The notes below the pieces were generated by a model. The model worked only from the letters and a program-made list of their open reading frames with translations, had not been told where the DNA came from and ran no database searches. A DNA stretch of 64,000 bases. Source: a virus. Its lineage: Duplodnaviria > Caudoviricetes. The translations under genes and the position numbers were made by a program. The stretch lies in IMG/VR virus record IMGVR_UViG_3300037455_000533, positions 998 to 64,997 of that record; one strand, 5' to 3'. This document shows positions 9,283-17,595 of the stretch, in pieces (position 1 is the stretch's first letter; every line of letters begins with the position of its first letter).

Positions 9283-9603
9283 TTAAACTCCAGTCTCACC
9301 AAACTTAACAGGCTCAATTCCTAAGTCTTTCTTAAGTTTTTCAACCTGCTCTTTAATCTTTTCACGACTTTCATCGAGAGTAGCACCTTCTTTATATGGT
9401 GCTGGTTCATATGGATCTGCTTTACCCTCTTGGGTAAGTTTTGTCATTTCGCCTGAGAAGCATTTGATGTTGTCCATCAACTGATGAACTTCCTCTGCGT
9501 GGTCCTTAATATTAATATCCATAGCAATAAACGCAGCAATCATCGCAGTAGCGAGATAATCGTGTGCTTCTTCCTTTGTATCAAATAAGTGTGTACGTGC
9601 CAT
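9283..9603 (-). CDS. Hypothetical protein
   Basis: 106-aa ORF abutting both neighbours. Confidence 0.7.
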   Translation of the reverse strand: MARTHLFDTKEEAHDYLATAMIAAFIAMDINIKDHAEEVHQLMDNIKCFSGEMTKLTQEGKADPYEPAPYKEGATLDESREKIKEQVEKLKKDLGIEPVKFGETGV

Positions 9604-10005
9604 TTATAATTCCTTCCAATTAAGTTTGTAGTAAGATTTGTCTTTGAACCCTTTAGGAGGTTCATCCATAAGTTTGTAATAGTCTTGTGCTTTCTTCTCA
9701 TTAGCCACCAACTGCATAGATTTGAAGTCGTCTGGGACTTCATCGATGTTGTCGACTTTAAGAATTACGACCTTACTTACAGAATATTTTTTAGTGCCGA
9801 CAGTGTGCATATCAAGGTCATCATCTTCGATGAGAGACGCCTTTAATTCTTCTTTTAAATCTTTGATACGCCCTTTGTCTGCTTCAAGTTTTAGAAGTTC
9901 CTTGAAAACTTCAGGGTATTTCTTCTGTAATTCTCGCTCACGAGAATCAACAGATTGTTCTAGCTCAGCAAGTTCAACTGCCAAAGCTTCACAATCTTTG
10001 CCCAT
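9604..10005 (-). CDS. Gp157-like protein
   Basis: N-terminal coiled coil plus VDNIDEVPDDF...EPPKG, resembling the Gp157 C-terminus; located in the recombination module. Confidence 0.45.
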   Translation of the reverse strand: MGKDCEALAVELAELEQSVDSRERELQKKYPEVFKELLKLEADKGRIKDLKEELKASLIEDDDLDMHTVGTKKYSVSKVVILKVDNIDEVPDDFKSMQLVANEKKAQDYYKLMDEPPKGFKDKSYYKLNWKEL

Positions 10006-10029
10006 ATATTTCCTCTCTCCTGCTTAATT

Positions 10030-10184
10030 AAGGTCTATTCTTGCCTTTGTATGCAGGTGTAGGCCCAGGGATTGAGCACCTTAAGGGTGGGATGCTCAAT
10101 CTTGTCCTAGGTCTGCACCTGAACACAAGGTTCAGGCGTCGTCCGGTACAGACGGTTTTTACCGTAGTTACAACTTGTGTAACT
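10030..10184 (-). ncRNA. Structured 5' leader or small RNA of the recombination operon
   Basis: Follows the consensus promoter TTGACA-N17-TATAAT (10219-10191); four or more hairpins; no convincing ORF. Confidence 0.55.
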
Positions 10185-10190
10185 AATAAC

Positions 10191-10219
10191 ATTATATCAA
10201 ACATAATATTATTTGTCAA
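10191..10219 (-). promoter_or_regulatory. Sigma70-type promoter
   Basis: TTGACA-N17-TATAAT, perfect consensus. Confidence 0.85.
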
Positions 10220-10406
10220 CATTTTTATTCTTTTTTGTTCCAACTGGACGTCCAGCACCTTTTGATGTAAATGTGCCGAACAAAACTTTGTCGACTACAC
10301 CTACGATGCCTCTGCCCTTATACTCCACATCTTTTGATCTACTGCTTAATTCTTCGTAAGCCATTCTACTTACTCTTATTTGGTAGTATTCTTTAGATGT
10401 TTTCAT
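10209..10406 (-). CDS. Small basic putative DNA-binding protein, leaderless
   Basis: TTGACA-N17-TATAAT-N6-ATG; IRVSRMAYEEL (ribbon-helix-like) and GRP motif. Confidence 0.6.
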   Translation of the reverse strand: MKTSKEYYQIRVSRMAYEELSSRSKDVEYKGRGIVGVVDKVLFGTFTSKGAGRPVGTKKNKNVDK

Positions 10407-10446
10407 ACCTTGATTATAACCTTTGATAGGTAAAATGTCAACTTAT

Positions 10447-11700
10447 TTACGATACTTGGTCCCAGATCTTACGCTTGCCATCTTTCAAAAGCGTGATAGC
10501 ATCCGCGTAGTATTCGTAGTTGTACTTAAACTTTTTCACTTTGCTCAACTTAATGTCTTCCACTTTGCCAAACCTGTCCACGTTACCAGACAAATCTAGG
10601 ATGTACGCAATTTTGTCAGGGTTGTCAGGGTCTAAACGGAGACAACGACCTACATACTGCATATAAAGCGAAAGTGATTTCGTCGGACGACAAAGAATAA
10701 CAGCATCAACAGAAGGAACGTCCACACCACGACCAACCATACCAACGTTAACCAAGAATTGAAACTTACCACTACGAAAGTCTGCCATCTTCTGTTCACG
10801 TGATGTCTTTGTGTCATTTTCAGAGTCCATACACTCAACTTTGCCACCAAGTGCTTTAATAACTGCTGCGAGCCTGAAGTTCATATCGATGTTCGGTGAG
10901 AAGATGATTGTCTTTAAGTTGTTCTTCATACACCAAGTGACAGCTTGAGTAAAACGAGAAGTGTTTGCCTCGATGTCCATAAACTTTGTCATCTCATTCG
11001 TATCAAAGTCAGTTCTTCCAGCGACATCACGAACGAATGACCAGTCTGCTTCTGCGATATGATAAACGGTAGGTGAGAGATACCCACCTTTTTGTAACCT
11101 TTCGATATCGCATTTGTAAATAATTCCACCTTTCCAGAACCATTCGCCGTGAGGTGTGCCTTTTCCTTCTCTTGTATGGATACGAGTGAGTGGACGACAG
11201 TACACACGAGGGTCTTCAAATTTCTTAATGAACGTCTGATTTCTCCACGGTGTAGCGGTCAAACCAACAACTCTCGCATCTGGAATATGATTTAAGAAAG
11301 CAATGTATTGGCTATCAGCCCTGTCGATAGGGCACACATCACATTCATCAATAATGACAATCTTGAAATGCTTGCAGTATTCAAAATGTTTCCAAACTGT
11401 TCCAATGGTAGCAAGTGTAATCTTGCCAATGTTCCATTTTCCAACTGATGCAGAACACACTTCGATGTCTTTTTTATTTACACCGACAGCAAGCAACTTT
11501 TCATAGTTCTGCTCGAGAATTTCTTTAGATGGCTGAAGAACTAAAACAGATTGGCCAGTTCTCTTAACAATTTCAGCAATAATCCAGCTCTTGCCACCAC
11601 CTGTCGCTAACTGTAGCACGCAAGGTGCTTTATTCTTCATCCAATAATTACCGAGAGCATTAATTGCCTCTTCCTGGTAGTCTCTTAGCATTATCAACAT
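10447..11700 (-). CDS. Superfamily 2 (DExD/H) helicase
   Basis: LRDYQ Q-motif, ATGGGKS, IIDECD, GLTATP, GRGVDVP, QYVGRCLR. Confidence 0.92.
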   Translation of the reverse strand: MLIMLRDYQEEAINALGNYWMKNKAPCVLQLATGGGKSWIIAEIVKRTGQSVLVLQPSKEILEQNYEKLLAVGVNKKDIEVCSASVGKWNIGKITLATIGTVWKHFEYCKHFKIVIIDECDVCPIDRADSQYIAFLNHIPDARVVGLTATPWRNQTFIKKFEDPRVYCRPLTRIHTREGKGTPHGEWFWKGGIIYKCDIERLQKGGYLSPTVYHIAEADWSFVRDVAGRTDFDTNEMTKFMDIEANTSRFTQAVTWCMKNNLKTIIFSPNIDMNFRLAAVIKALGGKVECMDSENDTKTSREQKMADFRSGKFQFLVNVGMVGRGVDVPSVDAVILCRPTKSLSLYMQYVGRCLRLDPDNPDKIAYILDLSGNVDRFGKVEDIKLSKVKKFKYNYEYYADAITLLKDGKRKIWDQVS

Positions 11701-11881
11701 CCTTTCTTCTATTGTACGGAGAGATTTTCCACGTACGGTTGTGACCAGTTAGATGGTACTGATTACAAAATTTACATTTATACACGTCCATCCTTATACC
11801 GTGTAGTTTGATTTTCCTTTTGTTCTCCTTATGAGCGGCGTAGTATGTTGCGTAGCATACCTTGCCAGTTATACATTTCAT
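11660..11881 (-). CDS. Small Cys/His zinc-finger-like protein
   Basis: YKCKFCNQYHLT motif; GGGAGG RBS. Confidence 0.65.
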   Translation of the reverse strand: MKCITGKVCYATYYAAHKENKRKIKLHGIRMDVYKCKFCNQYHLTGHNRTWKISPYNRRKDVDNAKRLPGRGN

Positions 11882-11894
11882 TTAGTACCTCCCT

Positions 11895-11935
11895 AAAAGA
11901 ATGGGGACAGCTCGCAGTTTTTTGCCTGTCCCCAT
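11895..11935 (-). terminator. Intrinsic terminator
   Basis: ATGGGGACAG/CTGTCCCCAT stem, then TCTTTT. Confidence 0.6.
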
Positions 11936-11939
11936 ACTT

Positions 11940-12389
11940 TTACTTGTTCTTTTTGTTGTTATCGCTCCAGATCCTATCGCGAATTTCGTCATACATTGAT
12001 GACGTTAAATCTTGAATCATATCAAGTAAATCATCACACCAATCGTCTGTATAAACAATTTTGCAGTCGATTTTCTTATCTTTATACCTACAAATGCTCC
12101 ACTTTGAAACAACTTTAAAACGTGAGCTATTGTCTTTGCCTAATTTTATAACTGTGAAGTCCTCAAGTTTGGCAGTGTACTTACCGAGGCCACGTTCTTC
12201 AATGCCCATTTCATACATAACTGGTGCGATTTCAAAACGAAACGTTTTTTCAAGACCACGAGCAGACATTTTCTTGGCAAGTTTCTTAAGTGCAGAATGG
12301 TCACATCCTAACATCTTTATAAGAGTGTCTGTCCTCTTGCTCGTAGCTTCTTCCTTTGCGGAATAATCGAACTTAATTTCTTTTGCCAT
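11940..12389 (-). CDS. Hypothetical protein (start at MAKEIK)
   Basis: GAAAGG RBS before ATG 12389. Confidence 0.65.
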   Translation of the reverse strand: MAKEIKFDYSAKEEATSKRTDTLIKMLGCDHSALKKLAKKMSARGLEKTFRFEIAPVMYEMGIEERGLGKYTAKLEDFTVIKLGKDNSSRFKVVSKWSICRYKDKKIDCKIVYTDDWCDDLLDMIQDLTSSMYDEIRDRIWSDNNKKNK

Positions 12390-12456
12390 ATCTAAATAAA
12401 CCTTTCTATATGAGAGAGGTAGTGAAAACCAACACACTACCCCTCTCGGAAACTAA

Positions 12457-13212
12457 TTAAAATGGTAGTGCGTTGAAGTCAACTGGGTTGACGTCGCTTT
12501 CTTTCTCTTTTTCTTCAACGATTTCTTGTGACTGTTCACCCTCGTATGATGATGGTGTTTGGTCTACGTCGTCTGAAGGAACGTTATTGTGAACACTCTT
12601 TAAGAATTCAGAAATTGCGTCATCAGCCTTTTGAAGAACATCTTTGTCTTCTTTTGTGTATGCTTCAGCAACAGTGTATTCAGGTGGGAAGAAGGTTACA
12701 GCACCATTCTTGGTCTCTTCGCCCTTCTTCATCGATACATAGTTTTCGTAAATACGGTTCTTTTTGCTAAATTCAATAAATGCTCCGAGTGAAGCACCTT
12801 GGCAGGTGATACATTCGATCTGTTCTGTCTCTGGGTTGTAAACATAAAGTTGTACAGCGAGACGAGCACCTTGTGGCAACTTGTCTTTAATCTCTGCGTA
12901 CTTACCTTTGATTACTTCTTCTGCAGGTTTATCACCTTCTTTACGCATAACACGAAGTTCATCGTCGTATGCTACTGCTTCATTTGAGTAAAATCTTACG
13001 CCTGTACCTTGTGGTGCGAAGCCTGAGATTCTACGAGTTTGTTCGAGAACTGCGAACTTGAATGGAAGTTTTGCTTCAACTTCTGCTCCTTGTCCACCTT
13101 CTGTGTTCTCTACTGTTCCATCCCAGTGGATGAGTTTGCCTTCTCCGCCTTTCCAACGATGGAAGACTTTTGCAGGCGATTGTGGTTTGTTGTGGTATGA
13201 GTTAAACCCCAT
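12457..13212 (-). CDS. Probable single-stranded DNA-binding protein
   Basis: Beta-rich core, acidic tail ending DFNALPF (SSB-type C-terminus), located in the replication module. Confidence 0.6.
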   Translation of the reverse strand: MGFNSYHNKPQSPAKVFHRWKGGEGKLIHWDGTVENTEGGQGAEVEAKLPFKFAVLEQTRRISGFAPQGTGVRFYSNEAVAYDDELRVMRKEGDKPAEEVIKGKYAEIKDKLPQGARLAVQLYVYNPETEQIECITCQGASLGAFIEFSKKNRIYENYVSMKKGEETKNGAVTFFPPEYTVAEAYTKEDKDVLQKADDAISEFLKSVHNNVPSDDVDQTPSSYEGEQSQEIVEEKEKESDVNPVDFNALPF

Positions 13213-13214
13213 AT

Positions 13215-13377
13215 ATCTCCTTTGATATTATTAAACTTGATATTATTTTCCAGGCTTTGGGGTAAGAAAGCGAGTGAAGAGTATCAATTATGCCTGATAC
13301 AGCTTACCCCAAAACTTGTGCGATGTCCTCTCTTTGGAGGATACTTACATTGTATCAAATATATTATAAAATGTCAA
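13215..13377 (-). promoter_or_regulatory. Promoter plus ~130-nt structured leader of the SSB-like gene
   Basis: TTGACA-N17-TACAAT (13377-13349); 11-bp stem TTTGGGGTAAG/CTTACCCCAAA enclosing GTATCA/TGATAC. Confidence 0.65.
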
Positions 13378-13383
13378 CAGTTT

Positions 13384-13665
13384 TTATCCCCATCCATTTT
13401 TATCACGATATCTCTTTATAGCCTTAAACAGTTTGAGTGCTGTTGTTGGCGTTCCGTCGAAATCAAAGAACTCTGGTTCTTGTATAAGCATTTTGAGCAT
13501 TGTCATCTTCTTGGATGAATCAACGAATGCACCGTTAGGGACATAAGTTAAGACATAATAACCAGCCTCACGCTTATCTATCCCCCATACATTGTTGTAG
13601 ACCGTGCCCTCGATCTCTTCTTTTTGCCCATCTTTTTTTAGGATAAAGTATTTTGTCTTTTTCAT
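13384..13665 (-). CDS. Hypothetical protein
   Basis: 93-aa ORF coupled to the primase stop. Confidence 0.7.
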   Translation of the reverse strand: MKKTKYFILKKDGQKEEIEGTVYNNVWGIDKREAGYYVLTYVPNGAFVDSSKKMTMLKMLIQEPEFFDFDGTPTTALKLFKAIKRYRDKNGWG

Positions 13666-14507
13666 TAAATTAACTCCTGTGATATCTGTAATGGTGCGTA
13701 GAAGGCTCTGAGAGCCTCTATACCGCGTTCTGCGAGGAAATCGCCTACATCCTTACCAACAGGACTGCGAAGGTCCGTATACGGGCTCTGAAGCGTTTTC
13801 AGAAGGCCTTCTCCAGCCTCGTCCTTATCGCAAATCGCAACCATACGAATTTTATTATCATTACAATATTTCTCAAGCCCTTTCATAATCTTGCCCGAAG
13901 ACGCAGACGGAAGAGCAACCGCAGGAACACCAAAAGAGCGTAAGATAGCCGCATCGCGTGTGCCTTCAGTGAAACATAGCTCATCCTTAACCTTAGGAAG
14001 AACATCAAACCCCCAAAGGATCGGTGTGACGTCCTTAGCAAATGTGAAACGTCTATCTCCTTCAAGGTGGCGAATCTGGAAGAACGGAACTTTCGTTCTG
14101 TCCATATTGAAGTACGGGATAAAGATACCTTTGTAGTATCCGTTTCCGCCAGGATACCATCTCCAGCCAAGTTTGTTTAAGGTTTTTCCATCGATACCTT
14201 TGACATCAAGGTCGTTAGGAAGTGGGTCGAGGTCTGCCCAGAGGTTTGTAAAATCTCCTCGTTTAATTTCTTCCTCCTTCTCGTGTTCATAATTACCATT
14301 AGAATTTTGAACATTAACCTTCCGACCAGCGATGCTGTCGATATGGAAACGTCCGCACCCAGCATAGCAGGCAATCCAACCATCTTCGAAACACTGTGCT
14401 GAATTATTCCTGTCGTCGTGTTTAGGACATTTGATTGACCACCCTTTTCCGCTTCTTCGTGGGTGTAAATCTAGTTTTTGTAAGGTGTCGTATAAATCTT
14501 CTTCCAC
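13665..14507 (-). CDS. DNA primase (zinc finger plus TOPRIM)
   Basis: CPKHDD...CYAGC zinc-binding domain; FTEGTRDA and ICDKDEAG TOPRIM motifs; KDVGD. Confidence 0.88.
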   Translation of the reverse strand: MEEDLYDTLQKLDLHPRRSGKGWSIKCPKHDDRNNSAQCFEDGWIACYAGCGRFHIDSIAGRKVNVQNSNGNYEHEKEEEIKRGDFTNLWADLDPLPNDLDVKGIDGKTLNKLGWRWYPGGNGYYKGIFIPYFNMDRTKVPFFQIRHLEGDRRFTFAKDVTPILWGFDVLPKVKDELCFTEGTRDAAILRSFGVPAVALPSASSGKIMKGLEKYCNDNKIRMVAICDKDEAGEGLLKTLQSPYTDLRSPVGKDVGDFLAERGIEALRAFYAPLQISQELI

Positions 14508-14509
14508 TG

Positions 14510-15424
14510 CTATTTCCCCTGTTTATGGTACGCACCGAACCCCTGAGGCTCTCCCCACGCTTCCCTGAACGTGATGATATCCTTGTCGTAATAATCGTAT
14601 TGTGCTGTGATACGCATATTATCCCAAATTTTAATTGGTAATCCGACTGGACGCACGCCCTTGCCAAAACGGTTTTTCCAAATACGAATTCCTGGCACGC
14701 CATCTTTACGATTAATCTCAATGACCTTAGTAGTACCCTGAGCAAGGCCAGATGAACCAATAATTCTGTCTAAACCTTCTTCTTGCCCTTTAGAATTACC
14801 GCTCCTCTTTCTTGTATGTGACACGAGAATGATGGTCTTGCTTTTCTTTTCTGTAATTAATTCAAGTTTACGCATAAACAAACGTTGTCTGTTGTATTCT
14901 GCTTCACCAGATTCAACAACAGATGCCTCAAACGCGAACTGGATAGGGTCAAGTACGACAATGTCATATTTGTCATACAACTGGTCAATGAATTCGATAA
15001 GATCTGACAACACGTAGCCAGAACAATCTGCTGTGAAGTCTATATTTTTTCTGACTTGCTCATAAAAGTTGCCAGCCTGATGTCGAATTCTAACGCCAAC
15101 ATCTGCTTTATGGTCCTCCAATGAGAAGTAAGCAATCTTCTTTCCTTGTTTTGCTGGCTCAATAATCAACGAACTTGCTAAAGTAGATTTGTTCATACCA
15201 GTATCACCAAAGATAAGGACGAGTTCATAGCCTTCTTCACAACCATAACCACCTGGGTAACTGCCACCAAGGTATTCATCCATAACTTTATCGCCAGTTG
15301 AATACAATTCAGTACGACCAAAGTGTTTTTCTCTCTTGTCCATTTCTTCCTCGAGCGACCATAGAGGGGTTAATGCCCTGCTATATCGTTCTACGTTCTT
15401 GCTGTTTGAATTGTTACCAGACAT
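14510..15424 (-). CDS. DnaB/SF4-like replicative helicase
   Basis: GDTGMNKS Walker A, FSLED, VVLDPIQ, LVSHTRK, GSSGLAQ, KNRFG. Confidence 0.85.
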   Translation of the reverse strand: MSGNNSNSKNVERYSRALTPLWSLEEEMDKREKHFGRTELYSTGDKVMDEYLGGSYPGGYGCEEGYELVLIFGDTGMNKSTLASSLIIEPAKQGKKIAYFSLEDHKADVGVRIRHQAGNFYEQVRKNIDFTADCSGYVLSDLIEFIDQLYDKYDIVVLDPIQFAFEASVVESGEAEYNRQRLFMRKLELITEKKSKTIILVSHTRKRSGNSKGQEEGLDRIIGSSGLAQGTTKVIEINRKDGVPGIRIWKNRFGKGVRPVGLPIKIWDNMRITAQYDYYDKDIITFREAWGEPQGFGAYHKQGK

Positions 15425-16382
15425 ATTTGTTCTCCACTTTCTTATTCATTAATGCTTGTGCTACAGTATCTTTCTTAATCATCTGAGCCAGTGTTTTATC
15501 ACTCCAGAATTCTTGTGTTTTACACCAGTTAGCCATATGTAAGACCTCTTCCTCTGAATACTCTGTGAGCACGCCACGCATATTTTTAACTACAACATCA
15601 GTAACTTGACGCTTGTCCCTTCCAAGGACGTCAGCAACCTTGTTTGCGATGGCAGCAGCCCGACGCGTTTCCTTCTTTTTATCATCAATGGCTTTGACGT
15701 TCACTACGTTCACGTCTTCATCAAAAGGAAGTTCAAATACTTTCTTGATGTCGTCCGAGTCTGCGTCAGCAGACGAGGACTGTGTAGCGAACGCTGAACC
15801 TGCGTCAGCAGGTGAAGCGTAAGCGGAACACATATTTCTATTATTATTTATATTATTATTTCCGCTCTCTGTCGTAACAGGGGTGGCGTCTACACCTCCA
15901 GGTGTAGTTTCTACACTTCCAGGTGTAGTTTCTACACTTCCAGGTGTAGTTTCTACACTTCCAGGTGTAGTTTCTGATAATTTCACAATGCTGTTTGGTG
16001 TACTGTTGTGTGCTCCAATTCTAGCATTTATGTAGTCAATTTCACGTCTTCTTAAACAGATTGTTGTTGCCCAAAGGTCAGTCTTTTTACGGTACCAACG
16101 CTTGTCGGTAAGAATATGTTGTACGATTCCACGTTCTCTTAGTTTATCCATTGCAACAGTAACTTCTTCTTCTGTGAGATTCACATATGTCCCGATTGTT
16201 GCAAAGTTAGCAACGTTCCATCCGTATTTGCCTTCTTCCTCAAACCACCTTAATTGATGATAAACTCTAAACATATTCGAGCCGAATTTAAGGCCCTGTT
16301 TTAATGCTTCTTCTACGAATCTTGCTCTATAAACGATATCATTTGTAAAAGACATTGGTCGATTATTTGAAAAATCTTCCAT
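15414..16382 (-). CDS. Replication initiator (lambda O-like architecture)
   Basis: N-terminal wHTH-like region, internal TTPGSVE repeats (iterons), C-terminal helical domain; directly upstream of helicase and primase. Confidence 0.65.
   Translation of the reverse strand: MEDFSNNRPMSFTNDIVYRARFVEEALKQGLKFGSNMFRVYHQLRWFEEEGKYGWNVANFATIGTYVNLTEEEVTVAMDKLRERGIVQHILTDKRWYRKKTDLWATTICLRRREIDYINARIGAHNSTPNSIVKLSETTPGSVETTPGSVETTPGSVETTPGGVDATPVTTESGNNNINNNRNMCSAYASPADAGSAFATQSSSADADSDDIKKVFELPFDEDVNVVNVKAIDDKKKETRRAAAIANKVADVLGRDKRQVTDVVVKNMRGVLTEYSEEEVLHMANWCKTQEFWSDKTLAQMIKKDTVAQALMNKKVENKYVW
15889..15975. repeat. 21-bp tandem repeat CCAGGTGTAGTTTCTACACTT (about 4 copies), probable origin iterons
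   Basis: Units start at 15898, 15919, 15940 and 15961 (partial); AT-rich tract at 15832-15861. Confidence 0.85.
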
Positions 16383-16403
16383 TTTCCTCCTTATTGATTA
16401 ATA

Positions 16404-16682
16404 TTATTTTAATGACTTTCTTACTTGTTGCTCTTCTTCACGTCGAGCCTTAGCGACTTCTTCGCTTACTTTAATCTCACCTTCTTCGGCAAGTTTTGCT
16501 CTTGTTCGTCTGATTGTTTCTGGTGAGCTTACTGATTTTAAATGTTCGTACAGGTTTGGGTCTTCCCAACCTTCTAAGTACCAGATTGTTGCGATGAGAC
16601 GTTTGTCGTCATTCGCCAACTCTGGTCTATGTTTACAGAGAACTTTAATAAGATCTCTCATCTTGACGTCGTTTACTTTCAA
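16404..16682 (-). CDS. Hypothetical protein, possible HTH
   Basis: GGAGG RBS with TTG start; SPETIRRTRAKL helix. Confidence 0.65.
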   Translation of the reverse strand: MKVNDVKMRDLIKVLCKHRPELANDDKRLIATIWYLEGWEDPNLYEHLKSVSSPETIRRTRAKLAEEGEIKVSEEVAKARREEEQQVRKSLK

Positions 16683-16739
16683 GACATTACCTCCTGTGAT
16701 GTTAAGTTAATGTTTTTATGTTGACTCAAGAATGTTTAT

Positions 16740-16871
16740 AAAAAGAAAGAGGCTACCTCTTTCGGGGTAGCCTTGGACTTTCAACTCATCTACCCTTATT
16801 TTACCAAACAAACTATAAAAGGTCAACATTTTTTCGCTGAACTTTTATAAATGAGTTGAAAGTCCAGCGAT
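16740..16871 (-). ncRNA. Structured RNA or attenuator upstream of the replication operon
   Basis: Promoter TTGCCA-N17-TAAAAT (16906-16878); 16-bp perfect stem 16774-16789/16851-16866; terminator GGCTACCCC-GAAA-GAGGTAGCC plus U tract. Confidence 0.7.
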
Positions 16872-16944
16872 GGTTTCATTTTAGCACATAGAAAATTAAA
16901 TGGCAAGTATTGACATTTATGCTTATCTATGGTAATATGTAGGT

Positions 16945-17139
16945 ATGGAAAAAGATTGTAAAATGATTTTCAGTAATGGACAACCAGTATACGAGTTCAG
17001 ATCTCGTGACCTTGATATTGCTTTAAAGTGGGCAAAAGAAAACAATGCCCCAGTTCAAGCAATCAAAACACCTTGGGGTGTCCTATCTCTTCTCGACGAA
17101 GAGACCTTTGAAACTGTTAACAGCATCTTTAATGATTAA
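16945..17139 (+). CDS. Hypothetical protein, leaderless
   Basis: TTGACA-N17-TAATAT-N6-ATG. Confidence 0.7.
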   Translation: MEKDCKMIFSNGQPVYEFRSRDLDIALKWAKENNAPVQAIKTPWGVLSLLDEETFETVNSIFND

Positions 17140-17176
17140 ACAGTTGACAAATAAAATAAACTGTAGTAAAATAGAC

Positions 17177-17460
17177 ACATAAGAACATTAACAGTTTCAC
17201 ACAACGGACCACCTTGGACATTGAGGTGGCTCCTTTCAAACGGTAGTCTAGACAGCCATCGTACGACTTTCGAAAACCTTTTCATATTCGAAACACCTTT
17301 TCATAAAAACGGTGGTTGGTAGAGGAAATACGTATTTTGTCACTTTGTACCAATACCTCACAGTACCGTTCTTTCCGTTGTAGAGAGTCTCTTCTTGTTG
17401 TTTTTGACTCCGTGAAAATGGTGAAGCCTTTTACCTCCACTTCTTTATAGTGTTCTTAGG
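17177..17460 (+). ncRNA. Candidate ~280-nt structured ncRNA
   Basis: Promoter TTGACA-N17-TAAAAT (17144-17172); nested helices 17180-90/17448-58, 17195-200/17412-17, 17202-08/17374-80; no ORF in track. Confidence 0.6.
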
Positions 17461-17595
17461 TAAAAACACATTCCTTCCTGCCCCCGCCGCACCCGAGATA
17501 ATTGTCATTCGTTATCTGGAGGGGCAGAGATACACCCGAACCGATTATCCCCCACACTCTAATCTCGGGTGTATTTTTTATGTTATACTGAGGTT

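Noticed and set aside
10028-10258. 76-aa track ORF over the structured leader
   Set aside because: It starts upstream of and runs through a perfect promoter, lacks an RBS, and the sequence is better explained by hairpins.
15889-15975. Repeat resembles a Cas12a direct-repeat stem (TTTCTAC...GTAG), suggesting a mini CRISPR array
   Set aside because: Units are head-to-tail with no spacers, in frame within a coding gene, and no cas gene is present; iterons explain it better.
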